Shown here piece after piece: positions 55,246-64,000 of a DNA stretch of 64,000 nucleotides. The translations under genes were made by a program, and so were the position numbers. How positions within the stretch are numbered: position 1 is the first letter of the stretch; each line of letters opens with the position of its first letter. The notes under the pieces were generated by a model. It had not been told where the DNA came from and searched no databases. It worked only from the letters and a program-made list of their open reading frames with translations. The stretch is from Cyclobacteriaceae bacterium (GTDB lineage Bacteria; Bacteroidota; Bacteroidia; Cytophagales; Cyclobacteriaceae): NCBI GenBank assembly GCA_035493595.1, contig DATJHZ010000195.1:5664-69663 (forward strand). Reading direction: 5' to 3'.

Positions 55246-57222
55246 TTACTTCACAATTATCTTTTTTGTTTCTCGTTTGTTCTTGTATTGCAGTTGTACG
55301 AGGTAAAGGCCAGGTGCTGCTTGTAGTGAGATCTTTTTACTTTGGTCTCCAGCACTTTCTTCGGAGAAAGGTATGCGTTGTCCTGTTATGTTAATGATCT
55401 CTAGTCTATCATAAGTTCCTTTGATGAGAAATGTGCCTTCATTAGGATTGGGATAGAGACTTGTTACAATAGGAGTATTCTCAATTATGCCTGTTACGGT
55501 TGGATCATACCCAAAAACAGGTCTAATCATGAGGCTACCGTGGAGCAAGGTGTTTTGTGTCCAGGCAAGCAGTGTGTTAATAAAGATCTTATCACCAGAG
55601 TCATTGCTCTTATCAAAACCTACTTTTACAGCATCGGTATTAGATTTCTCTTGCCAGCCAACATAGAATTTGTGTGATACAACTGTATTCAAAAAGTCGA
55701 CTCGCGTAAACTCGCTAAGCGCAGATTGAGGGACGGATATGGTTCTTTTGAAAAGTAAATTGCCGGGCAATCCATCCGCATCGTCCCAAACCAGTATGGT
55801 TGTAGATTGATTCTTCGAGATGCCGAGATCGGGGAAATATATATCAGCACCAATTAACGTATCGGTAACAGTACCGATATCAAATTGCAGTGCCGCCATA
55901 TCTCCAATGGTGGCCAGCTCTGTTGAATACTCTGCAGTACTGTCATCATAGGCGTAGTAATCTGCTAGTGTGAAATGGGCAGTTAAAGTGTCGTTTACTT
56001 GTCTATCGAAAGGGAATTTTTTATTAAAGGCAACTGTGTCTTCGTTGTCTTTTGTAAGTAAACTATACTTAACATCAATGATAATTTTTTCAGCTAATGA
56101 ATCGAAGTAGGTTTGACTGACTGATTTTGTCATATCAGCAAAATTAGATAGCGTGTCAAATTTGTGACTAACAGTTTGATACGGTGATAGAAAAGGATTA
56201 AGTGTACTGTCTAATTCTATAAAAAAAATTGAGTTACTGTTACTAGTGTTATTAGAGTAATACTTATGAAAAACAAAATCTGAAGCGAAGGAAGCAATAC
56301 GGCTACCTTCCTGAACGCCAGATAAATTTTTATACGTGAAAGCCAAGCTATCAATCAGATTGTTTTTTTTGAAATGTGAAATCGGCATCGCACGGTAAGG
56401 TCCAAACAACGGCGTTATTTCGTTTATAAAAGCCCGATCAGGAAATGAAGGATCATTTGCTACTCGTAATTTATTCAGGTAAACATAATCAATATTCCAT
56501 GTATCAAATGGCCCAGACTTACGCCCATAGCGTGTTAGTCTGAATTGAAAATTTGATTTTCTATATATCTTGCTAGATGTCGTATCAACTTGTTGTGAAT
56601 AGAAAATGAACTTGTTACGATCAGGTGTGTCACCCGGATAAAAACTTTGAATTTCAACCCACTCTAGTGAATCAAAGAACTCAAGCAACAGATAATCATT
56701 TCTGTCTGGTGCTTCGCCTTTACCCTGCCATTGATAGAAAAAACTCAAGTAGACAGAGTCCATCCCAGCAACAGATACTGTTGTGAGATCTATTGGTAAG
56801 GAAGTCATTCGATCGCTTATTCCATTGAGTAGAACCTGTGCAGAGTTATATGGGACAAATATTGAATCCATACCATCAAATGTTGCTACATAAATAGAAG
56901 GAGGATCAATAGCCATTGAATTATTAATGAAAACAGATTCACTGTTTTGCCAAAGTTTTTTATTAGCTGTAGGCTTGCCAAGGGAGTCTAGTGAATAGCT
57001 CGAAAAATCATCCCAGAAGGGTAGGGTAAGCGGTACATCCGTTTTTATCCGACCGCTCTTTTTAGATACTGAAACTGTTTGGTGTGTTGGCTTTGAAATA
57101 GATTGAAGTCGTAATTGAGCATAGGAAGTTGCTGAAAAGAAGATACAACAGAAGACCAGAACGGCCTGACTGATGGTATACAACTTTCTATGCTGTAACG
57201 TAGACTTACATATCATCCTCAT
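55246..57222 (-). CDS. Secreted protein with a T9SS C-terminal sorting domain
   Basis: Signal peptide, and a C-terminal ~80 aa matching the T9SS type A CTD pattern (LYPNPNEGTF ... GLYLVQL ... KIIVK). Confidence 0.7.
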   Translation of the reverse strand: MRMICKSTLQHRKLYTISQAVLVFCCIFFSATSYAQLRLQSISKPTHQTVSVSKKSGRIKTDVPLTLPFWDDFSSYSLDSLGKPTANKKLWQNSESVFINNSMAIDPPSIYVATFDGMDSIFVPYNSAQVLLNGISDRMTSLPIDLTTVSVAGMDSVYLSFFYQWQGKGEAPDRNDYLLLEFFDSLEWVEIQSFYPGDTPDRNKFIFYSQQVDTTSSKIYRKSNFQFRLTRYGRKSGPFDTWNIDYVYLNKLRVANDPSFPDRAFINEITPLFGPYRAMPISHFKKNNLIDSLAFTYKNLSGVQEGSRIASFASDFVFHKYYSNNTSNSNSIFFIELDSTLNPFLSPYQTVSHKFDTLSNFADMTKSVSQTYFDSLAEKIIIDVKYSLLTKDNEDTVAFNKKFPFDRQVNDTLTAHFTLADYYAYDDSTAEYSTELATIGDMAALQFDIGTVTDTLIGADIYFPDLGISKNQSTTILVWDDADGLPGNLLFKRTISVPQSALSEFTRVDFLNTVVSHKFYVGWQEKSNTDAVKVGFDKSNDSGDKIFINTLLAWTQNTLLHGSLMIRPVFGYDPTVTGIIENTPIVTSLYPNPNEGTFLIKGTYDRLEIINITGQRIPFSEESAGDQSKKISLQAAPGLYLVQLQYKNKRETKKIIVK

Positions 57223-58000
57223 CCGTTAAGGGGGTTCCGGGTTTGCCTATCCAGAGATCAACGACGTCGCCTACTTTAATATTTTCATCAGGCTCAGGTT
57301 TTTGCTTGAGAATCACAGGACTTCCATCCAGTGTATCGCCAACAAGTGTTATTTCACCTAAGGTCAGGTTAGAACCAAAAATCAAAACTTTGGCATCATC
57401 AAAACTATTTCCAATAAGGCTTGGCACTTTAAATTCTGTGCTGCCACCATCGCCTACAACAAGGTCAATGGAAGAACCCTTAGCAATACGTTCATTAGGT
57501 TGAATTTTTCGTCCCTGGTATCGCATTTCTTTAACAGTAGGGAACGGCCATGATACTAAATGAATCCTACCGCGTTTTAATTCATTGGCTTTAAGAATGG
57601 CGTCAGCACCGATAATGGAAACATCAACCAGGTTGGGCATGGGCACTGTTGGTGGGTTGATGCGGTTAACGGAAACATATATTTTTCTATTCTCCTTTAC
57701 CTTGGCACCGGCTGATGGATATTGTTTCAATACTGCCAGCGGAGGGTACTTATCTGAATATGATGAATCGTTTACTTCATAACGCAAGTCATGTTTCGCC
57801 AGAAAGGCTTCAACTTCTTCTATGTTTTTTCCTTCAATGTTAGGCACCGTAATGGTTTCGCCATGATTGGTAACGTTGGGCAGATACGCATAAAAATATA
57901 ATACACCCAGAAATACAATGATACCGATTGCCACTGCAAAATGGATCAGCATTGCGCCTAATGTATTTTTTGATAGTAGTTTCTTGAAATCAATACTCAT
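57206..58000 (-). CDS. PASTA-domain membrane protein
   Basis: N-terminal TM followed by three PASTA-like repeats (VPNIEGK..., MPNLVD..., VPSLIGN...). Confidence 0.75.
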   Translation of the reverse strand: MSIDFKKLLSKNTLGAMLIHFAVAIGIIVFLGVLYFYAYLPNVTNHGETITVPNIEGKNIEEVEAFLAKHDLRYEVNDSSYSDKYPPLAVLKQYPSAGAKVKENRKIYVSVNRINPPTVPMPNLVDVSIIGADAILKANELKRGRIHLVSWPFPTVKEMRYQGRKIQPNERIAKGSSIDLVVGDGGSTEFKVPSLIGNSFDDAKVLIFGSNLTLGEITLVGDTLDGSPVILKQKPEPDENIKVGDVVDLWIGKPGTPLTDEDDM

Positions 58001-58032
58001 TGTAAGATGCCTTTGTTACAAATATACAACCC

Positions 58033-59118
58033 TTAAAATTTAAGCGACGACTGAAAATCGCGCTCAATGCGTTTACTCCGGTTGTACCGTTCTAATGCAA
58101 GGTCGAGAAGTTTAGTGATGAGTTCAGAAAAACCAATTCCACGCTCTTTCCACATCATAGGAAACATACTGGAGTTGGTAAAGCCTGGTATGGTATTAAT
58201 TTCGTTTACATAAACCTTTCCATCCTTATCAAGGAAAAGATCAACTCTTGAAAAGTCCTGACAGTTCAGTGCCAGGAAAGATTTTACAGAAACATCTTTT
58301 ATGCGATCTATTGTAGAGGCATCAAGCTTGGCAGGGACGTCAATTCGTACGGCATCCGGATCAACATACTTGGCGTCGAAAGTATAGAACTCATACTTAC
58401 TGCTGATCACAACTTCACCAGGATTAGATGCCTGTGGTGGATAGTTCCCAAGGATTGCACATTCAATCTCACGACCCGTAATAAACTCCTCAATAATCAT
58501 AGCGTCATCATATCGGAAAGCCTCCTCAACGGCAACCTCAAAATCTTTTTCATTATTCACTTTTGATACGCCAACAGATGAACCAAGGCTTGCTGACTTT
58601 ACCATGAAAGGCAAACCAAGTGTCGATGATATTTCTGAAAAGCTTATTGATTCTTTCTCGGTGAAATTATAGGTTAGAAAACGTGTAACAGGCAGGCCTG
58701 CATCTTTTAATAATCGTTTGGCAATTATTTTACTCATAGAGAGAGATGAACCAAGTACTCCCGTTCCTACCATGGGTATATCCATAGCTTTAATCATTCC
58801 CTGAATGCTGCCATCTTCTCCATCTGTACCATGAAGCACAGGAAATATGATGTCAGCTTTGATACGATCTCCTGTCGACAGTAAAAGAAATCCAGGACTG
58901 TGAGGATCAAGGATAAGACCCAATGCCTTGCCTTGTTCAATGTCCTTGCTCACTGTATTATTTAGAAACCACTGTCCCGACTTGCTTATGCCTATGGGTA
59001 GAACCTCAAAGCGCTCCTTATCGAAATTTTCAAATATGTTTCTGGCTGAGTTAACAGACACTCCATGTTCAACTGAACGACCTCCGTAAAGAAGGGCAAC
59101 TTTTTTCTTAGTAGGCAT
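58033..59118 (-). CDS. ddl: D-alanine--D-alanine ligase
   Basis: YGGRSVEHGVS, HGTDGEDGSIQG and an ATP-grasp C-terminus (EINTIPGFT). Confidence 0.9.
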   Translation of the reverse strand: MPTKKKVALLYGGRSVEHGVSVNSARNIFENFDKERFEVLPIGISKSGQWFLNNTVSKDIEQGKALGLILDPHSPGFLLLSTGDRIKADIIFPVLHGTDGEDGSIQGMIKAMDIPMVGTGVLGSSLSMSKIIAKRLLKDAGLPVTRFLTYNFTEKESISFSEISSTLGLPFMVKSASLGSSVGVSKVNNEKDFEVAVEEAFRYDDAMIIEEFITGREIECAILGNYPPQASNPGEVVISSKYEFYTFDAKYVDPDAVRIDVPAKLDASTIDRIKDVSVKSFLALNCQDFSRVDLFLDKDGKVYVNEINTIPGFTNSSMFPMMWKERGIGFSELITKLLDLALERYNRSKRIERDFQSSLKF

Positions 59119-59153
59119 TTTGCATTTTTTTCCGCCTTAAAGATATTAGATAC

Positions 59154-59195
59154 TTGTCAATTTACGAAGTAAGATTTACGAGGTACGACTTATGT
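59154..59195. repeat. TACGA-type heptamer repeat
   Basis: TCAA/ACGA/AAGA/ACGA/ACGA occur at 59157, 64, 71, 78, 85, an exact 7-nt phase. Contains ATTTACGA twice. Confidence 0.65.
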
Positions 59196-59212
59196 GTTTT
59201 GTAGCCCTCGCC

Positions 59213-59247
59213 AAATCTGAAATCCAAAATCTGAAATTTGAAATCTC
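59213..59247. repeat. Five tandem degenerate heptamers: AAATCTG AAATCCA AAATCTG AAATTTG AAATCTC
   Basis: AAAT at 59213, 20, 27, 34, 41. The array ends 5 nt from the stop codon of the M43 protease gene (minus strand). Confidence 0.8.
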
Positions 59248-59251
59248 CTGC

Positions 59252-62200
59252 CTATTTGCTCACAAAAACCTTTTGAGTATAAGATCCCTCATTGGTTCGG
59301 AGCTTAACGATGTACAGACCACTGGAAGCATCATCCAGCGTTACGCCGTAACTTTGATTTAAGGTGTACTCGTATGCTTTTGAGTAAACAACGCGGCCCA
59401 GTAAATCCACCACATCAATCATGGCTGTCTGTTGTTCCTGCAATGTAAATGTTACTGAGAAGTCAGTGCTTGAATTACTTTCCTTATAGATTGCAAAAGC
59501 ACGTGCGGTTTGCAGGGGAGTATCATCATCACTGGCATAGAATTCAATATTATCCAGGTATAAGTTGTTGCCATTCTGATTCGTCATGACAAAGGCAAGT
59601 CTTACTTCTTTCTTGCCTGCCATGGCATCAAGATTTATAAATTCTCTTGTCCAGTCAGTACTCTGCGTTGGCTTCCAGCTAGTTGTTGTTGTCTGGCTTG
59701 ATAATTCGTAACTCTTGTCATAGAGTACCTGGTCAAAAGCATTGCCGCAGCCTGTGGAGGCTATTACTCTCAACTCATCAACAGACGATTCATTGATTAC
59801 ATACGAACGGTCAAAGAAAACACTGGCCGTGGTTGCATATGAAAAATCAAGTAACGGACTGATAAGCCAGGCTTGTTCGCCAATATCATCATTACCGAAA
59901 TCATTGACATACACAGCTTTTTTATGATTGCTGTCAACCTCAATGCTTTTCCATACTTCTCCATCACCCGGAGTTATAGATGACCACGTTGCTGGAATGC
60001 CAGAATCAAAATTCTCGCGTAGCGGTATAACGATAGAGTTTATATTTGAAGCAACAGTTACTGTTTTCTGATCATTGGCGCTGTTGGTATCAGCAGTACT
60101 GCTGTTGTTAACATTGGAAACACTAAAATTAATAGTGCTAGACGTTGCTAATAGTGATAATGATTCCAATGTAAGATCATAGGTATCCCCTGGGTTTAGC
60201 TGCAATCCTGATACTGTTTTATCTGGCTGCGTACTTCCATTAATATCACTTTTAACAGTAAAGGAAGTTATAGGTGATGTGCCTACATTTTTAACTGTGA
60301 GATCAGGAGTTGTTGTAGCACATGTAAGCAGTGCTGGATTATTAATTCGCTCTAGTGAGAGATCTGAGAAAATGTCATTAACCACTTGTACATTATCGAT
60401 ATAGATATTGTTGCCATTCATGTTGGTTCCGACAAAGGCTACCCTGATGTTACTTTTATTTTTAAACGCGCTGATGTCGATCACTTCAGTGCTCCAGTCG
60501 GATTCATTGGAGGGTGCATAGAAGAGGTTGGTAGATAACGTGGTAGCTAGTTCACTGCCTGCCTTATTATAAATTTCTGTTCCTGTTGATATGTCAGTAC
60601 TACAATCTGTAAGGATAACAATGCGCAAAGCATCGGCATTATCTTGAAAGCGTGCAGCGTAGGCAACATCAAATAAAAGAAATGCATTGGTCTGACCCGT
60701 TAAATCTATAGGAGGACTAATCAGTGCATCGGATGCTGAGAGATCTGTATAGTTATAATAATTTAAAAGCATGGCTGTGTTTCCAATATGTCCATTGGGT
60801 GCAGATTGAATTTGCCATGTTAATTGACTATCGGGATTGCTGATGATCCAGTTTGAAGGTAATGTTGAGAATGTCTCTTCGTAAGGAGATGCAACAGGTA
60901 TCGAATAAAGTGTGGTGATACTTAATTCGTTGTTATACACGTTACCATCGGTAGTGTTATTGGTTTGAATAACTTCAAATTCAAATAAGCTATTGCCTTC
61001 TGTAAGAGATTGTGGTGTAAAATCAACAGTCTGTGAAGCACCTAAATTGAGATTCAATACAAAGTCTTTAGTTTCTGTAACAAGCGAATTTACTTTAAGC
61101 TGAATTTTAGCAGCAGTGATAACGTTATTTCCTGAATTTGTGATTTCGAGAGATGGCGTAACTGTCGAAGAGCAGAGAGCAGAAGCAGGACTGATTATTT
61201 TTGATAAAGCAAGATCATTCGCTTTAGGCACAGGGTCAAATAATCCATGTGATGTAAGTAAGCTTGTTCTTCGGATACAATTTTCAAGCACAGTAATCAT
61301 CCGGTTAACCTGGTCCGCCGTAAACATATTCATACAGGCGTCATCTGTATAGTCAAGATAATTCTGGTACATGTTATGATCACTACAGCTTGTTCGCGTT
61401 CCCGAAGGACAGCCATTGGTAGCGTCTCCCTGATCGGGTGTATCATCTACATAGTCGCCACTATTATTACAAGCGCCTCCATCATCACCCCATGTGTGGC
61501 GTAGCCCAAAGAAATGTCCTACTTCATGCGTAACGGTTCTTCCTAAATCATATCTTTTTGCTAGCTTAAAATTGCCGTCATTTTTAGTTCCAAAATATTG
61601 GTAACCTATGACAACACCATCCGTCAGTCGATTGTCAGGAGAATTTTCCAGGCCAGGAAGATTTGAAATAGGAAGCTGCGCATATCCAAGAAAGGTATCA
61701 AGATTACAAACCCAGATGTTTAAGTAGTCTTCAGCGGGCCAGTAGCTCATAGACTTTAGAGTAGCGTCGTCCGACCCGTAGTACCAGAGTGTGTCAGTTC
61801 CTTTTACCCGCACAATGCCTGTGGTTGGCTGGCCTTCTGGAGTTTGTTTGGCAAGTACAAATTCAATATTCATTTTACCTTCAACACCTTTAAATTCATC
61901 AGGCGTCAATGTAGTATCTTTATTTAATCTGTTATAGTCAGCATTCAGTACATTAATTTGTGAGATGATTTGTGCGTCCGTAATATTTGTTCTGGTGCCA
62001 ACACTCTCACCATTATGAATGACATGCACAACAACGGGAACCTGGTATGTTGTTGTTTGAATTCGCTGAGTCTTTAGAAATTGCTTACGGGCAGTAATTT
62101 TTTTAGCGAGCCAGTTCTCAAACCGGTCTTCTTTCTCCTGCTTCTGATTCTTTATTAGCTTATTGGCGTATTGAACAGTGCCGCAGCGATCTTGTGCATA

Positions 62201-62287
62201 GCTGGAAAGCGAAAGAAGTAATATAAATGCAAAAGAAAAGCAAAGCTCTCTTTTACTGGGTAGGATTGAGGAAGGGATTCTAGCCAT
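59252..62287 (-). CDS. M43 (pappalysin-like) zinc metalloprotease with a T9SS C-terminal sorting domain
   Basis: HEVGHFFGLRHTW zinc motif, repeated beta-rich (MAM/choice-of-anchor-like) modules, and a C-terminal CTD (GLYIVKL ... KVFVSK). Confidence 0.8.
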   Translation of the reverse strand: MARIPSSILPSKRELCFSFAFILLLSLSSYAQDRCGTVQYANKLIKNQKQEKEDRFENWLAKKITARKQFLKTQRIQTTTYQVPVVVHVIHNGESVGTRTNITDAQIISQINVLNADYNRLNKDTTLTPDEFKGVEGKMNIEFVLAKQTPEGQPTTGIVRVKGTDTLWYYGSDDATLKSMSYWPAEDYLNIWVCNLDTFLGYAQLPISNLPGLENSPDNRLTDGVVIGYQYFGTKNDGNFKLAKRYDLGRTVTHEVGHFFGLRHTWGDDGGACNNSGDYVDDTPDQGDATNGCPSGTRTSCSDHNMYQNYLDYTDDACMNMFTADQVNRMITVLENCIRRTSLLTSHGLFDPVPKANDLALSKIISPASALCSSTVTPSLEITNSGNNVITAAKIQLKVNSLVTETKDFVLNLNLGASQTVDFTPQSLTEGNSLFEFEVIQTNNTTDGNVYNNELSITTLYSIPVASPYEETFSTLPSNWIISNPDSQLTWQIQSAPNGHIGNTAMLLNYYNYTDLSASDALISPPIDLTGQTNAFLLFDVAYAARFQDNADALRIVILTDCSTDISTGTEIYNKAGSELATTLSTNLFYAPSNESDWSTEVIDISAFKNKSNIRVAFVGTNMNGNNIYIDNVQVVNDIFSDLSLERINNPALLTCATTTPDLTVKNVGTSPITSFTVKSDINGSTQPDKTVSGLQLNPGDTYDLTLESLSLLATSSTINFSVSNVNNSSTADTNSANDQKTVTVASNINSIVIPLRENFDSGIPATWSSITPGDGEVWKSIEVDSNHKKAVYVNDFGNDDIGEQAWLISPLLDFSYATTASVFFDRSYVINESSVDELRVIASTGCGNAFDQVLYDKSYELSSQTTTTSWKPTQSTDWTREFINLDAMAGKKEVRLAFVMTNQNGNNLYLDNIEFYASDDDTPLQTARAFAIYKESNSSTDFSVTFTLQEQQTAMIDVVDLLGRVVYSKAYEYTLNQSYGVTLDDASSGLYIVKLRTNEGSYTQKVFVSK

Positions 62288-62368
62288 GCAGGAAGATAAC
62301 TATTGTATATCAAACACGGTTAACGTGTGTAACCTGCAAATATTTCTGGTAGCATTAAGTTTGAGGTA

Positions 62369-62393
62369 AAAAGCCATTTTTTTCAAGGCTTTT
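62369..62393 (-). terminator. Stem-loop terminator overlapping the nifU-like stop codon
   Basis: AAAAGCC (62369-62375) pairs with GGCTTTT (62387-62393) around an 11-nt loop. A T-run follows on the minus strand. Confidence 0.5.
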
Positions 62394-62661
62394 AGTTTCC
62401 GATAGGTGTAAGATTAATCACTTCTACGGATTTTATTTCTGGAACTGCACGTTTGATAGCTTCTTCAACACCGGCCTTAAATGTCATGGTAGACATCTTG
62501 CAATTTCCGCAAGCACCCAGAAACTCAAGCTTCACACTATCCTGAGTAACTTCAAGAACTTTTACGTTACCACCATCGGCCTCCAGATAAGGTCTGATGC
62601 CATCAAGCGATGCTTCAATACGCTGAGTTATTTCTTCTGTCATATGTATAGTATCGGTCAT
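62392..62661 (-). CDS. NifU C-terminal-domain Fe-S cluster protein
   Basis: DGGNV ... GACGNCKMS motif. 89 aa. Confidence 0.85.
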   Translation of the reverse strand: MTDTIHMTEEITQRIEASLDGIRPYLEADGGNVKVLEVTQDSVKLEFLGACGNCKMSTMTFKAGVEEAIKRAVPEIKSVEVINLTPIGN

Positions 62662-63752
62662 ACTTTTATTTCTACGCGCTCTGTTTGAGTAAAGTTAGCA
62701 TTTCTTATGGCAATTTGACGGGCTAATGTTTCCGCAAGTTCCTTAAATGCCAGGGCTGTAGGTCCTTCTTTCATTACAGCAGGCATACCACTGTCGCCAC
62801 TTTCGCGAATACCCTGTACAAGAGGTATTTGTCCCAGCATCGGAACATTATACTTATCGGATAAGTTCTTTCCACCACCTTGACCAAAGATGTAATACTT
62901 ATTATTTGGTAGTTCTTCGGGAGTGAAGTATGCCATATTTTCAACGATTCCTAAAATAGGCACATTAATCTGTGGCTGTCTGAACATAGCCATCCCTTTA
63001 TTGGCATCGGCTAGTGCTACTTTTTGTGGCGTAGTCACAATAACGGCACCGGTTACGGGCACAGTTTGTACCATTGTTAAATGAATGTCACTCGTGCCTG
63101 GAGGTAAATCAATTAATAAATAATCGAGCTCGCCCCAATCAGCATCACTGAAAAACTGTTTCAGAGCAGAGCTTGCCATAGGACCGCGCCACACCACCGC
63201 ACTATCTGCAGGAGTGAGGAAGCCGATGGAGATAAGCTTTACGCCATACTGCTCAATAGGTATGATAATATTTTTACCATTAACTTGTTTTACATGAGGT
63301 TGTTGGCCCTCCGTGTTAAACATCGTTGGAATGGAAGGTCCATAAATATCGGCATCAATCAATCCCACTTTTGCTCCCGCCATAGCAAGAGCAACAGCAA
63401 GATTTGAGGTAACGGTTGATTTACCTACGCCACCTTTACCTGATGCTATCGCGATAATATTTTTAACTCCCGGCAACAGTGGCGCGTTATCGCGCAAGGT
63501 GGTAACAGACGAAGTCATAGTAATATCTATTTCAACATCTTCGCCAAAAAACTTCTCACTGGCATCCTCACAATCCTGGCGAATTTTCTCTTTTAATGGA
63601 CAGGCTGGTGTGGTAAGAACAACAGTAAAGCTTATTTTTTTACCCTCGATCTTAATATCCTTTATCATACCAAGGCTCACCAGATCTCGTTTCAAATCAG
63701 GATCATTGACGGTAGCCAGTGCAACGCGTACATCACTTTCACTTAGACTCAT
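62658..63752 (-). CDS. apbC: Mrp/NBP35-family iron-sulfur cluster carrier ATPase with an N-terminal DUF59 domain
   Basis: Deviant Walker A SGKGGVGKST, and a DUF59-like N-terminus (LKRDLVSLGMI). Confidence 0.85.
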   Translation of the reverse strand: MSLSESDVRVALATVNDPDLKRDLVSLGMIKDIKIEGKKISFTVVLTTPACPLKEKIRQDCEDASEKFFGEDVEIDITMTSSVTTLRDNAPLLPGVKNIIAIASGKGGVGKSTVTSNLAVALAMAGAKVGLIDADIYGPSIPTMFNTEGQQPHVKQVNGKNIIIPIEQYGVKLISIGFLTPADSAVVWRGPMASSALKQFFSDADWGELDYLLIDLPPGTSDIHLTMVQTVPVTGAVIVTTPQKVALADANKGMAMFRQPQINVPILGIVENMAYFTPEELPNNKYYIFGQGGGKNLSDKYNVPMLGQIPLVQGIRESGDSGMPAVMKEGPTALAFKELAETLARQIAIRNANFTQTERVEIKV

Positions 63753-64000
63753 GTGCAGAAATTAAAAATAGGACTGCAATTTAGCTAGTATTTGACTGAA
63801 ACCAATAATGCTTAGAATATGGGCGGTATTGACCTGAACACATTGTCGTAATTATTAGATGTCGGTATTCTTACGGACAAGGTATTCAGTAGGCTACTAA
63901 CCGGATTTATAAGGTTTTAAAAAAAAATATTTTGAACTGGAAAATAACTTTCATATCCTTAAAAAGTTTTTGACAGCATATTCATTTATGCTTTTAGCCA

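Overview
This looks like a chromosomal segment from a Bacteroidota genome, roughly 40% GC by eye. The phylum call rests on two proteins with T9SS C-terminal sorting domains, the bamD-rpoZ-coaBC-DUF4835(porD)-recN gene order, a long-form IspG, and several exact TAnnTTTG -7 promoter boxes. The window is densely coded with about 59 protein genes and one tRNA-Met(CAT), mostly housekeeping.

Main gene content:
- a fused isobutyryl-CoA mutase (IcmF)
- a nitrate-uptake cluster (NarK, an alginate-export-type porin and NrtABD) with no reductase in the window
- MlaEF, IspG, PhoH, a GH3 beta-glucosidase, ComEC, a RecQ-like helicase, RecN, CoaBC, Ddl, NifU and Mrp/ApbC

I found no CRISPR array, no recognisable defence or toxin system, and no obvious multi-gene novel system.

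Observations most worth a second look:
1. A family of roughly 7-nt-periodic degenerate intergenic repeats (TGAC-, GTCAT-, TACGA- and AAATCTG-type words). Two hairpin-capable copies bracket the enoyl-CoA hydratase gene as imperfect inverted repeats.
2. An SRAP/YedK homolog in which Cys2, the FYEW glutamate and the HDRMP histidine all appear substituted.
3. Six TACGTA palindromes packed upstream of narK.
4. Twin perfect 12-bp palindromes between nrtA and nrtB.
5. A REP-RAYT-REP unit.
6. A PAS-DHp protein with no kinase ATPase domain.
7. A 74-aa Sm/Hfq-like small ORF whose stop overlaps the recN start.
8. A duplicated TetR operator.

All function calls come from by-eye motif recognition. No database search was run.
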